Below, piece after piece: positions 62,066-64,000 of a stretch of 64,000 bases of DNA. How positions within the stretch are numbered: the first letter of the stretch is position 1; each line of letters starts with the position of its first letter. The translations under genes were made by a program, and so were the position numbers. The notes beneath the pieces are model-generated. The model made no database searches and had not been told where the DNA came from. It was given only the letters and a program-made list of their open reading frames with translations. The stretch comes from Lama glama (taxonomy: Eukaryota), in the NCBI GenBank assembly GCA_028534125.1, contig CM052851.1:4650001-4714000 (forward strand), given 5' to 3'.

Positions 62066-63799
62066 TGTCATGACTTAAGCCTAAGAGACCCAAAGCAGTA
62101 GCGGGTCACCAAGAAACGCCAGGCACTGCAACAGGGTGGTGGGGTCCCCGGGGAAGACTCCTGCCTGCACACAGGTCAGCCTTCACCCCTTGGCCCCAAG
62201 GCCTCTTTAGGCTCCTCTCTGTGTTCCTGGCACTGGTATTCAGGTAGGTACTCAAGGAATGTTTGGTGAATAAAAGGATGAGCGAATGTCCTTACTTACC
62301 TGTGTGGGCTTCTCTGACACCACACGCCTGCTCACCCACCAGGAGGGGACTGGACCAGAGACTTCCATAGTCCAGGAATCCAAGGACACCCCAGGGACCA
62401 GGAGGCCTTCAATGCCAATTCTGCAGCTGCGTGGGACATGGTGTCTTTTGGACATACAGAGAGCCTTCCCTGGGGATGCCAGTTATGGGGGGAGGAAGGA
62501 AGGGAAGAAGGAGGGGTGGGCCCCTAGCCCATCCCTGAGCCAACATTGACTCATCCCCACCCCCTTGGAGGGTAGTTCAGTCAACTCTTGGTGCCAGCCT
62601 TGCCCCCCACCCAGATACATCCTCTGGGCCTGATCTGCTACCCCATCTCCCAACCCACAGATGGTAAGGGCTGAAGTCTAGAAGGCCGGAGAGGGCATCA
62701 GAGCAGTATCCGCTTCATCTTCTCACTGATACTCCCACCATCCTGTGGGGAGGGAGGCAGAAGCAGTCATAACCCAAGTGATGGGCTTGTCCCAGGGTCA
62801 TGCTGGCCAGCTGTAAGCCCAGCCTCCTGACTCCCAGCCTGGCCCTCTGCCCACTGCAGGCAGCCACGTGACCCATGCCCAGTGCCACCTTGGGGCTCCT
62901 ATCTCTGGTTGCCACTGCCCCTCCTGCCATCCAGCCACACTTCCACCCAGAAGCTTCACCTCCGCCCAGAGCTCTCCTTCCCTCCCCATCCTCTGATCTC
63001 AATTTAATGAGTGTCCTTCATCACAATACTGTAAAATTCTTGAAGGCAGGGGTGGGTTGTCCTTGCCTCTCTGTTGTTTGCAGGACCTGGCACCCAGCAG
63101 GGGCTCAGGAAACTCCATACAGCACACCAGCCCACCATGGGGCAGATGGATCTGGGGCTCAGGGGGCTGGTGTCTCCCCCACCAGCAATCCCAGATTGTG
63201 AGGGCCCCTAACAAACATCCCTTTCTGAGAGCCACAGGGGAGCAAGAACTTTCCCAAGGTCCCCAGATGGAAATCAGAGGGTCACCACCTGTGCCCTGCC
63301 ACCCGACAGGAACCCAGGAGGGGCTAATCCTGCTCTGCCTCTCCATTCTTCCTTCTCCCCCCAATTCCCAACAGCCCACCTCCTTCAGGGTTTGGCAGAA
63401 TAAAGCCACAGTCTTTATTCCAGCCCCTACCCCAACCCAACTGGCAGCTCCTAGCCTGCTGCCTTTGCCCAGATGTGGCAGAGGGGCACTGGCAGCTTGG
63501 AGGTGGCGCGGATTTTCCCTTTGGCAGTGGGGAAGGTGAGAGGGGGGAGAGGCTTGCCCCCTCTCCATGGGTGAAGGGAGAGGGCAGGGATGTAAGTCCA
63601 GACAAGAGTCAGAGGGAGGACACGACTTCCCAGCTTCTGGGGTCAGGGCATCAAGCCTGGGGGCAGTGTGGGAAGCCAGCGGTCCCTGCATCCACCTGGC
63701 CTGGGTCCTCATTTTAGAGCTCCAGCTTTTGGTTCCTGGAAACCAATGCTTTCTAGACTCCCGAGGTGAACATTTGCTGCGGGGAGGGGGGGGCATGGT

Positions 63800-64000
63800 C
63801 CCCTTCCCCCACTTCCACCGCAGTCTGTTCCTCTTCCTCCCTCAGTTCCTGCCTCCTCCCCTTCTTCCCACTCCCACCCATTTATTTGCCTCTTTGTGTC
63901 TCCTCTTTCCTGCCCCGTCCCTTCTCTTTTCTCCCTCCTCTTCCCTGGGCCCCCACCCTCCTCCTTCAGCTCCCCTCTCCCTCTTTCCCCATCCTCTCCC
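63800..64000. repeat. Polypyrimidine (C/T-rich) low-complexity tract running off the window end
   Basis: About 200 nt composed mostly of C and T on the + strand. Confidence 0.8.

Noticed and set aside
62999-63796. 265-aa minus-strand ORF near the window end
   Set aside because: No homology or motif recognised; not CLCF1, which would be expected on + beyond the window.

Overview
GC-rich eutherian (non-primate, non-rodent-looking) genomic DNA syntenic with human 11q13.2, read in reverse relative to human. Nine intron-containing or single-exon protein-coding genes can be assembled exon by exon with intact frames: CABP4(-), GPR152(+), CORO1B(+), PTPRCAP(+), RPS6KB2(-; most of exon 5 lies in a 140-N gap), CARNS1(-), TBC1D10C(-), PPP1CA(+) and RAD9A(-). 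The last ~9 kb is intergenic (towards CLCF1 by synteny, which is not in the window). Repeats are mostly ancient (MIR, L2, CR1/L3, MER20) plus one solo ERV1-type LTR; no young lineage-specific SINE was recognised. No wholly new gene system was found. The most notable observations are: (1) a ~200-bp polyA-tailed retroposon whose 15-16-bp target-site duplication copied the RPS6KB2 exon-10 5' splice site and placed a stop codon and AATAAA in sense inside the gene; (2) Coronin-1B lacking the regulatory Ser2 codon; (3) RAD9A with Ala at the Ser272 ATM SQ site; (4) non-canonical splice sites (GC donor in RPS6KB2, GAG acceptor in CARNS1); (5) a candidate in-frame upstream exon for GPR152; (6) an RGGTCA-dense intronic tract in TBC1D10C. 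Comparisons with human proteins are from memory, not from alignments run here.
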